Shown piece by piece: positions 12,956-26,539 of a DNA stretch of 64,000 nucleotides (within the stretch, counting starts at the first letter, position 1; each line of letters opens with the position of its first letter). The stretch is from Mobula hypostoma (lineage: Eukaryota): assembly GCF_963921235.1 (NCBI RefSeq), contig NC_086097.1:61940001-62004000 (forward strand), in the 5' to 3' direction. The position numbers and the translations under genes were made by a program. The notes beneath the pieces were generated by a model. The model was not told the origin of the DNA. It did not search any database and saw nothing but the letters and a program-made list of their open reading frames with translations.

Positions 12956-14559
12956 GTGAAAGGTCTCAGCCTGAAACTTCAACCATTCCTTTGACTCTAC
13001 AGATGCTGCTTCACCTGCTGAACTCTTCTGGTGGTTTATTTTGTTCTCTTTTATCTCCTAATACCAGCTGTCTATTGTGCCTTCTGAGAATGATTGATGA
13101 CTAAGAGCTAGTTAAAAGTGTTTCTAAAAAGACAACTATTTAAGGAAAAAAGAAAGGCTGGGAAAATTTCCATGCATGAAACCTCAGCTGCTAAAAACAA
13201 AGGTACCCACAGTAGAATCATGAAAATAAGGACTGCCAAATGCTGCTTCTGGAAGAGCAAAGAGATACTAAAGTCGTGGAGATCTAGAGGTTCATGGCTT
13301 TAGATGGCCTGGAAGAGATTACAGTGAAAGGCAGGAGTGAAATCATGCAGTGACTTGAAATTGAGGATTACAATATCCCATTTCAAAACATTAACCGAGT
13401 GAATCTCAATGTAAATCAATAGCAAATCAAGATAAAATGCAAACTTAATTATCTAAAATCAAATATTGAGAAATATCTTCAAAGAAATATGCAGACTCAA
13501 CCTTTGCTCTCAAAGGCTTTTACCAGTGAAGGTCAAAGCTATGTGAAATATACCAAGCATGAACACTATAATTTAAAAATAACTTGTATTAAGCAGTCCA
13601 TGAAAACAGGAAAATAGATCTCATCAAGATGCATCAACAAGTATGCAAGTTCTAAAGGATTTATTCAGAAGTTTGCTTGAATTTATAGATTTTTGAAGTT
13701 GCTACCACATTAGCAATCTGGTGCTCAGACATTATTTGATGTTGATGTGGATGTTTGGGATATAATGTTCAATATCTTCAGATCTTCAGAACTTCATAAT
13801 GTACCTAATGTGTTACATTGGCTGAAAAATGAATAAAATACCATTCAAAACTTTGAAAAACAGCAACTATGATAGCTTGCTCAGATTGAACAGGAAGTCA
13901 AAATGCAAGACAACTCTTGGAAAATTGTAAAAAATATACAGATTTTTGCAGCACATGGCCAAAAAAAACAATATAAATTTAAAGTTTCTAAACATAGCAT
14001 TGTAATTAATGGTTGCGTAAATTTGTAGCATTATACAATTAACCACAGTCATGCTGTACTATCACGATAGCAGCATAAAATTCACTGTAACTGAAAACAT
14101 TAAATTGCGACTGCAACATTCTTAACAGCGAGGGTGAGCAGCCAGAAGTCATGGTACATAATGATACCAACAACATCAGTAGGAAAAGGTTTGAATTCCT
14201 GAATAAAATTGTTAAGGTATGAAAAGTAGCAAGGTAGGAAACTAAAAGCAGGACCTCAATGGTAATAATCTGTGGATGGCTGTCTGTGTCATGCAGTTGT
14301 TGCAGTAAGAATAAAACTGTACGAATAAGCAGTTGATCATGTGGCTGAGGAAAATTGACTCAGGAAAGCTAGAAGGAGACATGAGAAGACCTTGAAGAGT
14401 AGGATTAAAGAAAACACACATGAAGATTGGATGACTGACTGGCAGGAGGCAAAGAGTGGAAATAAATGGGGCCTTTTCTGGTTGTCTGCCAGTAGCTAAT
14501 GGTGTTCCACAGGGATGGTGTTAGGACCACTTGTTTTCATATTATATGGCTCAGATTGT

Positions 14560-15365
14560 TCCATTTATTATCACAGAATGTGTATTATATAATTTGAAAT
14601 ACTTGACTTCACAGACATCCATGAAAACCAGAAGAACGCCAAAAGAATGAACGAAGGAAAAACACTAGAACCCCAAAGGCCCCTTGCAAGCAGCAGCAAG
14701 CATCAATTCATCAACCTCCCTCCTCCACCTGCCACCCTTTTCAGCAAAAAGCATCAGTCCCCACCACCAACAAAGTAACAGCAAAACACCCAAGGGAGAC
14801 CATGATCTGCAGTCAACAAAAACTTGTTTTCCCAACAGTTCGACAATCCACGTGCTCTCCCTCAGTAACAAGGACAGAGAAATATTATCCATTTTCACAG
14901 AGAAAGGGGAGACTGATAGCCTTTGTTATGATATCACAATCTGCCACTTCGCTTTTTATTCGGAGATTCTCCGAATTGGGAATCGGCAGCAAACGCTCCT
15001 CATCATTGAGAGAAAGCGAGTGAGTGTGTGACCACTCGACTACTGAGTCTTCCATCCATACATCTGCCCTAGAAAAATCCTAATGTTCCATTTCTCTCAG
15101 TTGGCAACAACAGCCCAGAATCATTTGTCTACAGGGCCGCACCCCAGAGGCACCATCTTCCAAGTCTGGAGAAGGTCGGAAAACAGTTGGCCAGAAATTG
15201 GAATTCATCCACCGTTAAAAAAAAGGCAGTTTAAGTGCCATTTGTAGATCAGGACCTCGACAGAACCCCAATCACCTTGAAAAGGAAAATAAGGAACATT
15301 AAAGAGACAAATTAAAACTGTTTCTGCAGATGAGTTCAAAGAGGCAGCCACTTGGCACCACCTTA
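14560..15365 (-). mobile_element. Non-coding interspersed repeat; related partial copies at about 48545-48910 and 50390-50690
   Basis: Shared blocks cacagacatccatgaaa, gaatgaa, caaagccc, agcagcag among the three loci. Confidence 0.6.
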
Positions 15366-15379
15366 ATTAATTGATAATA

Positions 15380-18300
15380 TTTCAATGATTTGGATGATTG
15401 TATAGATGGTTTTCTGGTCATGTTTGCAGATGACATGAAGATAGAAAGAGGGGCAGGTAGTGTTGAGGAAGCAGGGAGTCTGCAGAAGGTCTTAGGTAGA
15501 TTGGAAGAATAGGCAAAGAAGTGGCAGATGGAATATAATGTGGGGAAATTTATGGTCATGCATTTTGGTAGAAAGAATAAAGGTCTAGACTACTATATAT
15601 GTGGGGATAAAAGGAGAAAATACAAAATTCAGAGTTACAAACTCTGGCAGTCCTTGTGCATGATTCCCTGAAGGTTAATAGAACATAGAATAGTACAGCT
15701 CAGTACAGGCCCTTCAGCCCACAAGGTTGTGCCGACCCTCAAACCCTGCCTCCCATATAAGCCCCCACCTTCGATTCCTCCATATACCTGTCTAGTAGTC
15801 TCTTAAACTTCTCTAGTGTGTCTGCCTCCACCACTGACTCAGGCAGTGCATTCCACGCACCAACCACTCTCTGAGTAAAAAACCTTCCTCTAATATCCCC
15901 CTTGAACTTCCCACCCCTTACCTTAAAGCCATGTCCTCTTGTATTGAGCAGTGGTGCCCTGGGGAAGAGGCACTGGCTATCCACTCTATCTATTCCTCTT
16001 ATTATCTTGTACACCTCTATCATGTCTCCTCTCATCCTCCTTCTCTCCAAAGAGTAAAGCCCTAGCTCCCATAATCTCTGATCATAATCCATACTTTCTA
16101 AACCAGGCAGCATCCTGGTAAATCTCCTCTGTATCTTTTCCAATGCTTCCACATCCTTCCTATAGTGAGGTGACCAGAACTGGACACAATACTCCAAGCG
16201 TGGCCTAACCAGAGTTTTATAGAGCTGCATCATTACATCACGACTCTTAAACTCTATCCCTTGACTTATGAAAGCTAACACCCCATAAGTTTTCTTAACT
16301 ACCCTATCCACCTGTGAGGCAACTTTCAGGGATCTGTGGACATGTACCCCGAGATCCCTCTGCTCCTCCACACTACCAAGTATCCTGCCATTTACTTTGT
16401 ACTCTGCCTTAGAGTTTGTCCTTCCAAAATGTACCACCTCACACTTCTCCGGGTTGAACTCCATCTGCCACTTCTCAGCACACTTCTGCATCCTATCAAT
16501 GTCTCTCTGCAATCTTTGACAATCCTCTACACTATCTACAACACCACCAACCTTTGTGTCCTCTGCAAACTTGCCAACCCACCCTTCTACCCCCACATCC
16601 AGGTCGTTAATAAAAATCCCGAAAAGTAGAGGTGCCAGAACAGACCCTTGTGGGACACCACTTGTCACAATCCTCCAACCTGAATGTACTCCCTCCACCA
16701 CCACCCTCTGCCTTCTGCAGGCAAGCCAATTCTGAATCCACCTGGCCAAACTTCCCTGGATCCCATGCCTTCTAACTTTCTGAATAAGCCTACCATGTGG
16801 AACCTTGTCAAATGCCTTACTAAAATCCATGTAGATCACATCCACTGCACTACCCTCATCTATATGCCTGGTCACCTCCTCAAACAACTCTATCAGGCTT
16901 GTTAGACACAATCTGCCCTTCACAAAGCCATGCTGACTGTCCCTGATCAGACCATGATTCTCTAAATGCCTATAGATCCTATCTCTAAGAATCTTTTCCA
17001 ACAGCTTTCCCACACAGACGTAAGGCTCACTGGTCTATAATTACCCGGACTATCCCTACTACCTTTTTTGAACAAGGGAACAACATTCGCCTCCCTCCAA
17101 TCCTCCGGTACCATTCCCGTGAACAACGAGGACATAAAGATCCTAGCCAGAGGCTCAGCAATCTCTTCTCTCGCCTCGTGGAGCAGCCTGGAGAATATTC
17201 CGTCAGGCCCCGGGGACTTATCTGTCCTAATGTATTTTAACAACTCCAACACCTCCTCTCCCTTAATATAAGCATGCTCCAGAATATCAACCTCACTCAT
17301 ATTGTCCTCACCATCATCAAGTTCCCTCTCATTGGTGAATACCGAAGAGAAGTATTCATTGAGGACCTCGCTCACTTCCACAGCCTCCAGACACATCTTC
17401 CCACCTTTATCTCTAATCAGTCCTACCTTCACTCCTGTCATCCTTTTTTTCTTCACATAATTGAAGAATGCCTTAGGGTTTTCCTTTACCCTACTCACCA
17501 AGGCCTTCTCATGCCCCCTTCTTGCTCTTCTCAGTCCCTTCTTAAGCTCCTTTCTTGCTTCCCTATATTCCTCAATAGACCCATCTGATCCTTGCTTCCT
17601 AAACCTCATGTATGCTGCCTTCTTCCTCCTGATTATATTTTCCACCTCACTTGTCACCCATGGTTCCTTCACCCTACCATTCTTTATCTTCCTCACTGGG
17701 ACAAATTTATCCCTTACATCCTGCAAGAGATCTCTAAACATCGACCACATGTCCACAGTACATTTCCCTGCAAAAACATCATCCCAATTCACACCCGCAA
17801 GTTCTAGCCTTATAGCCTCATAATTTGCCTTTCCCCATTTAAAAATGTTCCTGTCTTCTTTGATTCTATCCTTTTCAGTGATAAATATAAAGGCCAGGGA
17901 GTGGTCACTGTCCCCCAGATGCTCACCCACTGAGAGATCTGTGACCTGACCCAGTTCATTACCTAGTACTAGATCTAGTATGGCTTTCCCCCTGGTCGGC
18001 CTGTCCACATACTGTGACAGGAATCCATCCTGGACACACTTAACAAATTCTGCCCCATCTAAACCCTTGGAACTAATCAGGTGCCAATCAATATTAGGGA
18101 AGTTAAAGTCACCCATGATAACAACCCTGTTATTTTTGCACCTTTCCAAAATCTGCCTCCCAATCTGCTCCTCTGTATCTCTGCTGCTACCAGGGGGCCG
18201 ATAGAATACACCCAGTAGAGTAACTGCTCCCTTCCTGTTCCTGACTTCCACCCATATTGACTCAAAAGAGGATCCTGCTACATTACCCACCCTTGCTGTA

Positions 18301-19120
18301 GCTGTAATAGTATCCCTGACCAGTAATGCCATCCCTCCTCCCCTTTTTCCTCCCTCTCTATCTCTTTTAAAGCACTGAAATCCAGGAATATTGAGAATCC
18401 ATTCCTGCCCTGGTGCCAGACTTGCAGTTTGACTTGTGGTAAGGAATCTAAATGCAATGTTAGCATTCATTTCGAGCGGACTAGAATATAAGAGCAAGAA
18501 TGTAATGCTGAGGCTTTATAAGGCATCGATCAGACTGCTCTTAGAGTATTGTGAACAGTTTTAGGCTCCTTATCAAAGAAAGGATCTGTTGGCATTGGAG
18601 TCAGTCCAGAGGAGGTTCATGAGAAAGATTCTGGGAAAGAAAGGGTTAACACATAAGGAGCTTTTGATGGTTCTGGGCCTGTACTCACTGGTTTTGAAGG
18701 ATGAGGAGGGATCTCATTGAACCTATTAAATCTTGAAAGGCTGAGATAGAATAAGTGTGAAGAAGATGTTTCCCACAGTGGGGGTGTCTAGGAACAGAGG
18801 ACACAGTCTCAGAATAAAGGGTTGTCCATTTAGAATAGAGATAGAAAAAACATGTCTTTAGTCAGAGGGTAGTGTTTCTGTGGAATTCATTGCAACACGA
18901 TAGCTGTGGAGGCCATGTCATTGTGTGCATTGAAAGCAGAGGTTGATAGGATCTTGATTTTTCGGGGTATAAAAGGTTATGGGGAGAAGGCAGGAGAATG
19001 GAGTTGAGAGAGGTAATAAATCACCCATGCAAAAATGGTATAGCAGACTCGAAGGGCTGAATAGCCTAATTCTGCCCTTCTGTCTTATGCTCCTATGGTC
19101 TGATGGTCTTATGATCTTAT
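15380..19120 (+). mobile_element. Older CR1 3' portion (15380-15678 and 18420-19120) split by a CR1-A insertion
   Basis: FADD region near 15423; aaggttaa|cttgcag rejoins across the insert; tcttatgg tail near 19085-19122. Confidence 0.8.
15678..18419 (-). mobile_element. CR1 subfamily A, 5'-truncated, ORF2 with one frameshift and RT motif mutated to FAED
   Basis: ORFs 16962-18497 and 15739-17013; near-identical to 302-2634; ATAGAAC tail. Confidence 0.95.
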
Positions 19121-19639
19121 GGTATTTCTTGTGGATAGGAAATTGGGTGACAGTCAAGAAAGGGAAGGGTGTTAAACAGCCAGTGCAGAGTACCCCTGTG
19201 TCATCCCCCTTAACAACAGGTATTCCACTTTGGAGGGGAGAATGTCCTAGCAGAGGAAAGTCATACTAGTCACGAATCTGGCACTGAGTCTGGCTCTGTG
19301 ACTCAGAAAGGAAAGGAGAAGAGGTGGTGATGGGGCGTTAATGGGGTGATATTACAGACCACCCAACAGTCTGAGGGATTTAGAGAAACAAATTTGTAAA
19401 CAGATCACAGACTGTTGCAAGAAATACAAGGTTGTTGTAGTAGGTGATTTTAACTTTCCACGTAGTGGCTGGGAATCTCATATTGTAAAAGGACTAGATG
19501 GGATAGAGTTTCTTAAATATGTTCAGGAATATGTTTAACATCAGTACATAGAAGTCCTAATGAGAAAGTGTGCAATACTTGATCTGCTATAAGGAAATTG
19601 GTCCCCTGGAAGATTGAAATAGTAGTCAATGCCTGGAGC

Positions 19640-20160
19640 AACACTTTCAGTACGCTGGATGAACTCAGCAGGTCGGGCAGCCTCAGTTAGAAATGATGAG
19701 TCGACGTTTCAGGCTGGAACCCTTCGTCAGGACTGAAGAATGAAAGATGGGGAAGGATTTGAAGAATGCTTGTAGCTTCAGTTGAAAGACCAGTAATTTG
19801 AACGACAAAGGGGTGGGGGAGGGGAAGCATTGACATCATAGCCCTTGAAAACAATGGGTAGTAGAAGAAAGAGGCGGAACTATAAGGGAGCTGGGGGAGG
19901 GGGTAGAGTGAAATAGGGATAGAGGAAGGAATGGGGAGGGAAATACCGGAAGTTGGAGAATTCTATGTTCATACCAAGGGGCTGGAGACTGCCTAGACAG
20001 TATATGAGGTGTTGCTCCTCCAACCTGAGTTTACCCTCATCATGGCAGTAGAGGAGGCCATGTATGGACATATCTGAATGGGAATGGGAAGCAGAGTTGA
20101 AGTGGGTGGCTACCGGGAGATCCTGTCTGTTGTGGCGGACGGAGTAGAGGTGCTCGACGA
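19640..20160 (-). mobile_element. Penelope-like element 3' fragment (GIY-YIG C-terminus + terminal repeat), 16-bp TSD
   Basis: EHLYSVRHNRQDLPVATHFNS...EEQHLIYCLGSLQPLGMN; agtcaatgcctggagc at 19624-19639 and 20161-20176. Confidence 0.9.
19699..19734 (-). ncRNA. Minimal type-I hammerhead ribozyme motif
   Basis: AGUC-CUGACGA-AGGGUUCCAGCCU-GAAA-CG-UC/GACU: intact core, stems I and II, palindromic ACGU stem III. Confidence 0.8.
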
Positions 20161-20909
20161 AGTCAATGCCTGGAGCCAGAAGAGATGGGGGAGAACTTAA
20201 ATGCATGTTTTGCACCTGTATTTACTCTGAAGACCGACACAGAGTCTGCAGAAGTAAGGCAAAACAGCATCAAATTAATGGACTCGGTACAGATTACAGA
20301 GGAGGAGGTGTTTGCTGTCTCAAAGCAGTTTAGGATGGATAAATCCCCATGGCTTAACAAGGTGTTCCCTTAGTCCCTGTAGGAAAAAGGTTCAGGAACT
20401 ACCAGGCCCTAGCAAAGATACTTAAGTAATCCTTAGTGACTGGTGAGGTACCAGAGAACTGGAGGATAGCCAATGTTATTCTATTGTTTAAGCAAGGTTC
20501 TAAAAATAAACCATGAAATTATAGGCTGGTGAGCTTGACATTAGCCATAGGAAAGTTACTGGAAGGTATTCTATGGGACCAGATTGATGAGTATTTGTTG
20601 GACATGGAGTGATTAAAGTTAGTCAGCATGACTTCATGCATGGTATGTTGTGTCTAACCAATCTTATAGACATTTGTGAGGAAGTTACCAAGAAAGCTGA
20701 TGAAGGCAAAAAAGTGGATATAGTCTACAAGGACTTTAGCAAGGCACTTGACAAGGTCCCACATGGGAGGCTGATCAAGAACATTAAGTCACTTGGCATT
20801 ACAGATGAGGTAAAAAATTGGATTTTGGCTTTGTGGGAGAAGCAAGAGAGTGGGAGTAAATGGTTGCTTCTCTAACCAGAAGCCTGTGACTAGCTGAGTG
20901 CTGCAGGAA

Positions 20910-22945
20910 CCAATCAAGAACCTATCAAGCTCTGCCTTAAACACACTCTGACATGACCTCCACAGCCTCCTGTGGTAACAAATTCCACAAATTCACCAGC
21001 CTCTGGCTAAAGAAATTTCAAGACATCTCTGTTTTAAATGGATGCCCCTCTATCCTGAGGCTGTGCCCTCTTGTCCTAAACTCCCCCACCATGGGAAACA
21101 TCCTTTCCACATCTCTGTCTAGGCCTTTTAATACTCAAAAGGTTTCAATGAGATCCTCCTTCATCCTTCTATATTCCAGCGAATACAGACCTGGAGCCAT
21201 CGAATGTTCCTCGTTTGGCAATCTTTCATTCGTGGAATGATTCTTGTGAATCTCCGCTGGACCCTCTCCAATGCCAGCACATCTTTTCTTAGATGAGGAG
21301 CCCAAAACAGTTCACAATACTCAAGGTGCGACCTCACCAGTACTTTATAAAGCCTCAGCATCATATTCCTGCTCTTATATTCAAGGCCTCTTGAAATGGA
21401 AGCGAAGATTGCATTTGCCTTCCTCACCACCTACTCTACCTGCAAGTTAACCTTTAGGTTGTTCTGCACAAGAAATCCCAAGCCCCTTTGCATCTCAGAT
21501 TTTTGGATTTTATCCCCGTTTGGTATTTAGTTCTACTACTGAAGTGTATGACCATGCATTTTCCGATATCGTATTTCATTTGCCACTTTCTTGCCCATTC
21601 TGCTAATCTGTCTAAGTCCTTCTGTAGACTACCTGTTTCCTCAACACCACCTGCCTCTCCACCAATTATCATACCATCTGAAAACTTAACAAGAAAGTCA
21701 TCTATTCCATCATCTAAATCATTGATGCACAGCATAAAATGAAGCAGTCCCAACATCAACCCCGGTGGAACACCACTAGTCACTGGCAGCCAACTGGACA
21801 AAGATCCTTTTATTCCCACTTGCTGCCTCCTACCAATTAGCCAATGTTCTAATTATAGAAACATAGAAACATAGAAAATAGGTGCAGGAGTAGGCCATTC
21901 GGTCCTTCGAGCCTGCACCGCCATTTATTATGATCATGGCTGATCATCCAACTCAGAACCCCGCCTCAGCCTTCCCTCCATACCCCCTGACCCCTGTAGC
22001 CACAAGGGCCATATCTAACTCCCTCTTAAACATAGCCAATGAACTGGCCTCAACAGTTTGCTGTGGCAGAGAATTCCACAGATTCACCACTCTCTGTGTG
22101 AAGAAGTTTTTCCTAATCTCGGTCCTAAAAGGCTTCCCCTCTATCCTCAAACTGTGACCCCTCGTTCTGGACTTCCCCAACATCGGGAACAATCTTCCTG
22201 CATCTAGCCTGTCCAATCCCTTTAGGATCTTATACGTTTCAATCGGATCCCCCCTCAATCTTCTAAATTCCAACGAGTACAAGCCCAGTTCATCCAGTCT
22301 TTCTTCATATGAAAGTTCTGCCATCCCAGGAATCAATCTGGTGAACCTTCTTTGTACTCCCTCTACGGCAAAGATGTCTTTCCTCAGATTAGGGGACCAA
22401 AACTGCACACAATACTCCAGGTGTGGTCTCACCAAGGCCATGTACAACTGCAGTAGTACCTCCCTGCTCCTGTACTCGAATCCTCTCGCTATAAATGCCA
22501 GCATACCATTCGCCTTTTTCACCGCCTGCTGTACCTGCATGCCCACTTTCAATGACTGGTGTATAATGACACCCAGGTCTCATTGCACCAATAATTATGT
22601 CAATAACTTTCCTGTAATACCACGGGCTCTTAACTTGGTAAGCAGCCTCATGTGTGACACCTTGTCAAAGGCCTTCTGAAAGTCCAAATATACAACATCT
22701 ACTGCATCTGCTTTCTCTGTCCCAGTTGTAATCTCAAGAATTCCAGCAAGTTCATAAGGCAAGATTTTCTCTTAAGGAAACCTTTATCCTACCTTGTCCT
22801 GTGTCACCAACTACTCAATAACTCATCCTTTACAATTGACACCAACATCTTCCCAATCACTAAGGTCAGGCTGACCGGTACATAATTTCCTTTCTGATGT
22901 CCTCCTCTTTTCTTAAGGAATGGAGTGACATTTGCAATTTTCCAA
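20910..22945 (-). mobile_element. Older CR1 RT region (20910-21855 and 22590-22945) split by another CR1
   Basis: ORFs 21161-21430 and 21454-21819; DFQKAFD near 22660-22685. Confidence 0.8.
21856..22588 (-). mobile_element. CR1 3' end of a third, young subfamily with (TTTCTATG)n tail
   Basis: ORF 21953-22552 is an open CR1 C-terminus; atagaaac repeats at 21855-21877. Confidence 0.9.
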
Positions 22946-23069
22946 ATGAAGCCTAGTCATTCATAGGTTCTTGAAGCAACTAGCAAAACCCTGATCACTA
23001 CCGGTTAACAATGAATGGAATTAGATTAGATTAGCTGAAATACAAATACAGAACTACAATCAGAGAAAT

Positions 23070-23970
23070 CATCTTTCTTCAAAGAATGGGGTTTCCCTTC
23101 CTCCACCATTGATGCTGCCCTCACCTGCATCTCCACCATTTCCTGGACATCCGCATTCATCCTATCTTCCCGCCGCCTTAACAGTGATAGAGTTCCTCTT
23201 GCCTTTCTCTACCACTCGATTAGCCTCCACACCCAGCACATCATTCTCCGAATCTTCTGGCACCTCCAAAGTAATCCTACCACCAAACTACAGTTTTACC
23301 TCCTGTTTTCACAGGGGGATCGCTCCCTCTGTGATTCTCTTGTCCACTTGTCTTTTCCTTCTGTCTTGTATCCCTGCAAGCAGCCAAAGTACTACACTTG
23401 CCAATTCAGCTCCTCATTCACCTCCATTCAGGGCCCAAAACAGTCTTCCAGGTGGGGCAACACTTCACCTGTGAATCTGCTGAGGTTGTCTATTATATTC
23501 GACTCTCCAGATGCGGCATCCTCTACGTTGGTGAGAACCGTCATACATTGGAGAACTTCTTTGTGAAGTACCTCCGCTCCATTTGCCAAAAGTGGAAGTT
23601 TCCAGTGACGCATCATTTTAATTCCAATTCCCATTGACATTCCGACATGGCTGTGCCTCAGGGTGGAGGAGCAGCACCTTGTATTCTGCCTGGGTAGCTT
23701 CTAATCTGATGGCATGGATATTAATTTCTCCTTCTGGTTAAAAAATATCCCGCCCCCTCCCCTCTTCTGCTATTCTCCAAACTGGCCTCTTTCCTCTTCT
23801 CATCTGCCTGTCCGTTCCCCCTGGGTCTCCTCCTCTTTCCCTTTCTCCTATGGTCCACTTTCCTCTCCTATGAGCTTCCTTCATCTCTGGCCCTTTACCG
23901 TTCCTACCCACCTGGCTTCACCTATCACCTTCTAGCCATCCTCCTTCCTCTCCCCTTACCTTTCTATTCG
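23070..23970 (+). mobile_element. Decayed Penelope-like element (RT C-terminus, GIY-YIG domain, pyrimidine-rich 3' region)
   Basis: FTCESAEVVYYIRLSRCGILYVGEN...HFNS (ORF 23398-23637). Confidence 0.85.
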
Positions 23971-24719
23971 GGTGTGACGAGTGTTGTCAGCAATTTTTGC
24001 CTTTATTTCAGTCCAGATCTTTTTGACTAGCAGAACTGATTTGATGAATAGGATAATCTTGTTCCTATTTATCATTTTCTCTGTAACACAGGAGATTCTG
24101 CAGATGCTGGAAATCCAGAGCAACACATTCAAAATGTTGCAAAAAATTCAGCAGGTCAGGCAACATCTATGGAGTGGGAGAATCTCAGTCCCAAACTGAG
24201 ACTATTTATTTTCCTCCAGAGATACAGCTTGACCTGTTGAATTCCTTTTCATTTTCTATTGTTATTATATGTCAAAAGCAGAAGAAATCTCATCATAAAT
24301 AATCACAAGTAATTACTTGATTAGTTAACTCAGGCAGAGAACATGAAAAAGTAAGGAGTGAAAACGAGAGTAAGCATTGCTCCTCCATTTGAACAGAATA
24401 GGGGATGGTCTTTTGCTTCAGCACTGTTGTCTTGTGTTAATCACATCCCCTAGAATTTTATAATATTAAGCAATCTGCCATGCAGCAATTGCAAAAATCA
24501 CATTGATATATTTAGTACTTTTTTTTTGAAGAAGTAATTAAACCTTGTAATCATTTTGGTAATAATAATAAAAGGAACACTTAACTCAGTTATGTGATGA
24601 TATTATTCTAGCAGATATATTTACCCATTTAAAATAAATGGAAGATATAATGGAGCAAGCGTATTAAATATTTAGCTGTCAAAGTCAAATCTATAATCCA
24701 TGACTTCCGGAGTTCCCTG

Positions 24720-25020
24720 AGAGCTTCTCAGCAAATTAAAAACTTCTGAAGTACAATCACTATTGTAATTGAGGGAAACTCAGCCATTAGTTTGCTCACA
24801 GCACTGTCTGACAAATAGTCAGAAGATTATCATTTTACTGACCTTGACAGAGTGATAAGTATTGACCAGAACAATGGGAGAATAGACAGCTCTTCATCAA
24901 ATAGTGCAGTGTAATTTTATCGTATGCTCTAAATATAGAAAAATTTAAACTCTCATCCAAAAGACAGCACAAGAATAGTGTTTCTGTACAATCTGGAATG
25001 AAAGTTCAAACCTCTGTAAC
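24720..25020 (-). mobile_element. Ancient Deu-domain SINE remnant
   Basis: Minus strand gtgctgtcttttggatgaga, cactatttgatgaagagc, ttctccc..tggtcaata, gctgtgagcaaa..tggctg resemble Deu-SINE as I recall it. Confidence 0.55.
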
Positions 25021-25746
25021 TATGATCTTTTCTAATATGAATGTTACAGTTAAACCAGAATGATAGGCAGGACACTGTATTGTTATTTCTCGCTCACAAA
25101 AGGGAGGTCAAATTTCCTCCTTCAGTGTCTATGAAATGCTAAGTATCAACTATGCCAAATATCCTAAGTATTTTTTTAATCAATAGACTGGGTAAACTTA
25201 ACTAACAAATGCTATTCTCTTCTAGGAAAAGGAGATTTGTCTCCTTTATCGTGGATCTGGAAGACTCACAAATTGAATCATTACTTGTCAAGTTCACAGG
25301 GAACAGTTTGGTAGGCCAGAAAGACAAAGGAAACAGTTACCTCTTCTGTCCCACTGTCCAAAGGAACAGAGTTGCTGAAGGTATCCAGTTTAGATGTTCT
25401 GCCCAGGAAGCAATGTCTACCAGGCTCAATAGCTCAATTCCACATTCATCAAATCCTTCAATATTAATACAGTGTTTTCAAGAAATACATTTTTGTGCAG
25501 AATAAAATAACACCAGGAAGAAGGACTAATGCTCTCCTCTCTGGAGAATATTCTGAAAATACTAGCCAAGAATCTATTCAAAATTAAAACTTACTATTTT
25601 GAATAAATGTTGTAGAGACTTCAAATTGTGTATGGCTTCAGGCAAACCAACAGTTTCCAATCTACACCCTCCAGTCCCGCACAGGCAAATAGTAAAGCTG
25701 TAAGCTGATAAGCAGTAGAATTCTCTCAAACAAAGAACTCAAAGAA

Positions 25747-26247
25747 GTCTGGGTAGCCTCCAACCTGAAGGCAGGAACATTGAATTCTCAAACTTCCGCT
25801 AATGCCCCACCTTCCCCTCGTACCCATCCGTTATTTATTTATATACACACATTCTTTTTCTCGCTCTCTCTTTTTTCTCCCTCTGTCCCTCTCACTATAC
25901 CCCTTGCCCATCCTCTGGGTTTTTTCCCCCCGTCCACCTTTTCTTTCTCCCTGGGCCTCCTGTCCCATGATCCTCTCATATCCCTTTTCCCAATCAACTG
26001 TCCAGCTCTTGGCTCCATCCCTCCCCTTCCTGTCTTCTTCTAACGTTTTGGCTCTCCCCCTCCCCCTCCTACTTCCAAATCTCTTACTAGTTCTTCTTTC
26101 AGTTCATCCTGATGAAGGGTCTCGGCCTGAAACATCGACTGTACCTCTTCCTAGAGATGCTGCCTGGCCTGCTGCATTCACCAGCAACTTTGATGTGTGT
26201 TGCTTGAATTTCCAGCATCTGTAGATTTCCTTGTGTTTGCGTTTTTA
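25747..26247 (+). mobile_element. Penelope-like 3' fragment, 11-bp TSD, degenerate hammerhead at 26105-26140
   Basis: LGSLQPEGRNIEFSNFR*; aactcaaagaa at 25736-25746 and 26248-26258. Confidence 0.9.
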
Positions 26248-26539
26248 AACTCAAAGAAACAATTGAATGCTAACCTGAATTTTATTATTTAAATCAAATA
26301 GATTTGTTTCAGAATGATCATCTATTAATTACTAACAAAATTTGGATTGTGTGAAATACTGGCTACAAGAAGAATGTGGGTAATTTGGAGAGAGTGTGGA
26401 AATGTTTTCCAGCATATTGCCTGGATTAGAAAGTATGAGCTACAAGGAGAAATTGGGTAAACTTTGATTGTTTTCTCTGTAGTTTTGGAGGCTTAGGGCA
26501 ACTTTACTGAAACATATAGAATTATGAGAGACAGCGAGT

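Larger units (their letters stand above)
19135..20905 (+). mobile_element. Decayed, internally deleted CR1 (ORF1 and ORF2 remnants), interrupted by Penelope
   Basis: WVTVKKGKG..VQSTPV ORF1-like segment; VGDFNFP; DFSKALDKVPHGRL (ORF 20609-20875). Confidence 0.8.

Noticed and set aside
12953..13030. Hammerhead-like sequence (also 61253-61290)
   Set aside because: Core bases are mutated (no intact CUGANGA with GAAA); old terminal-repeat relics
16962..18497. 511-aa ORF as a gene
   Set aside because: Chimera: the first about 26 codons are antisense of the host CR1 and the rest is truncated CR1 ORF2
968..22679. Many repeated plus-strand ORFs (MDMYP..., MKNALGFSF...)
   Set aside because: Antisense shadows of CR1 ORF2
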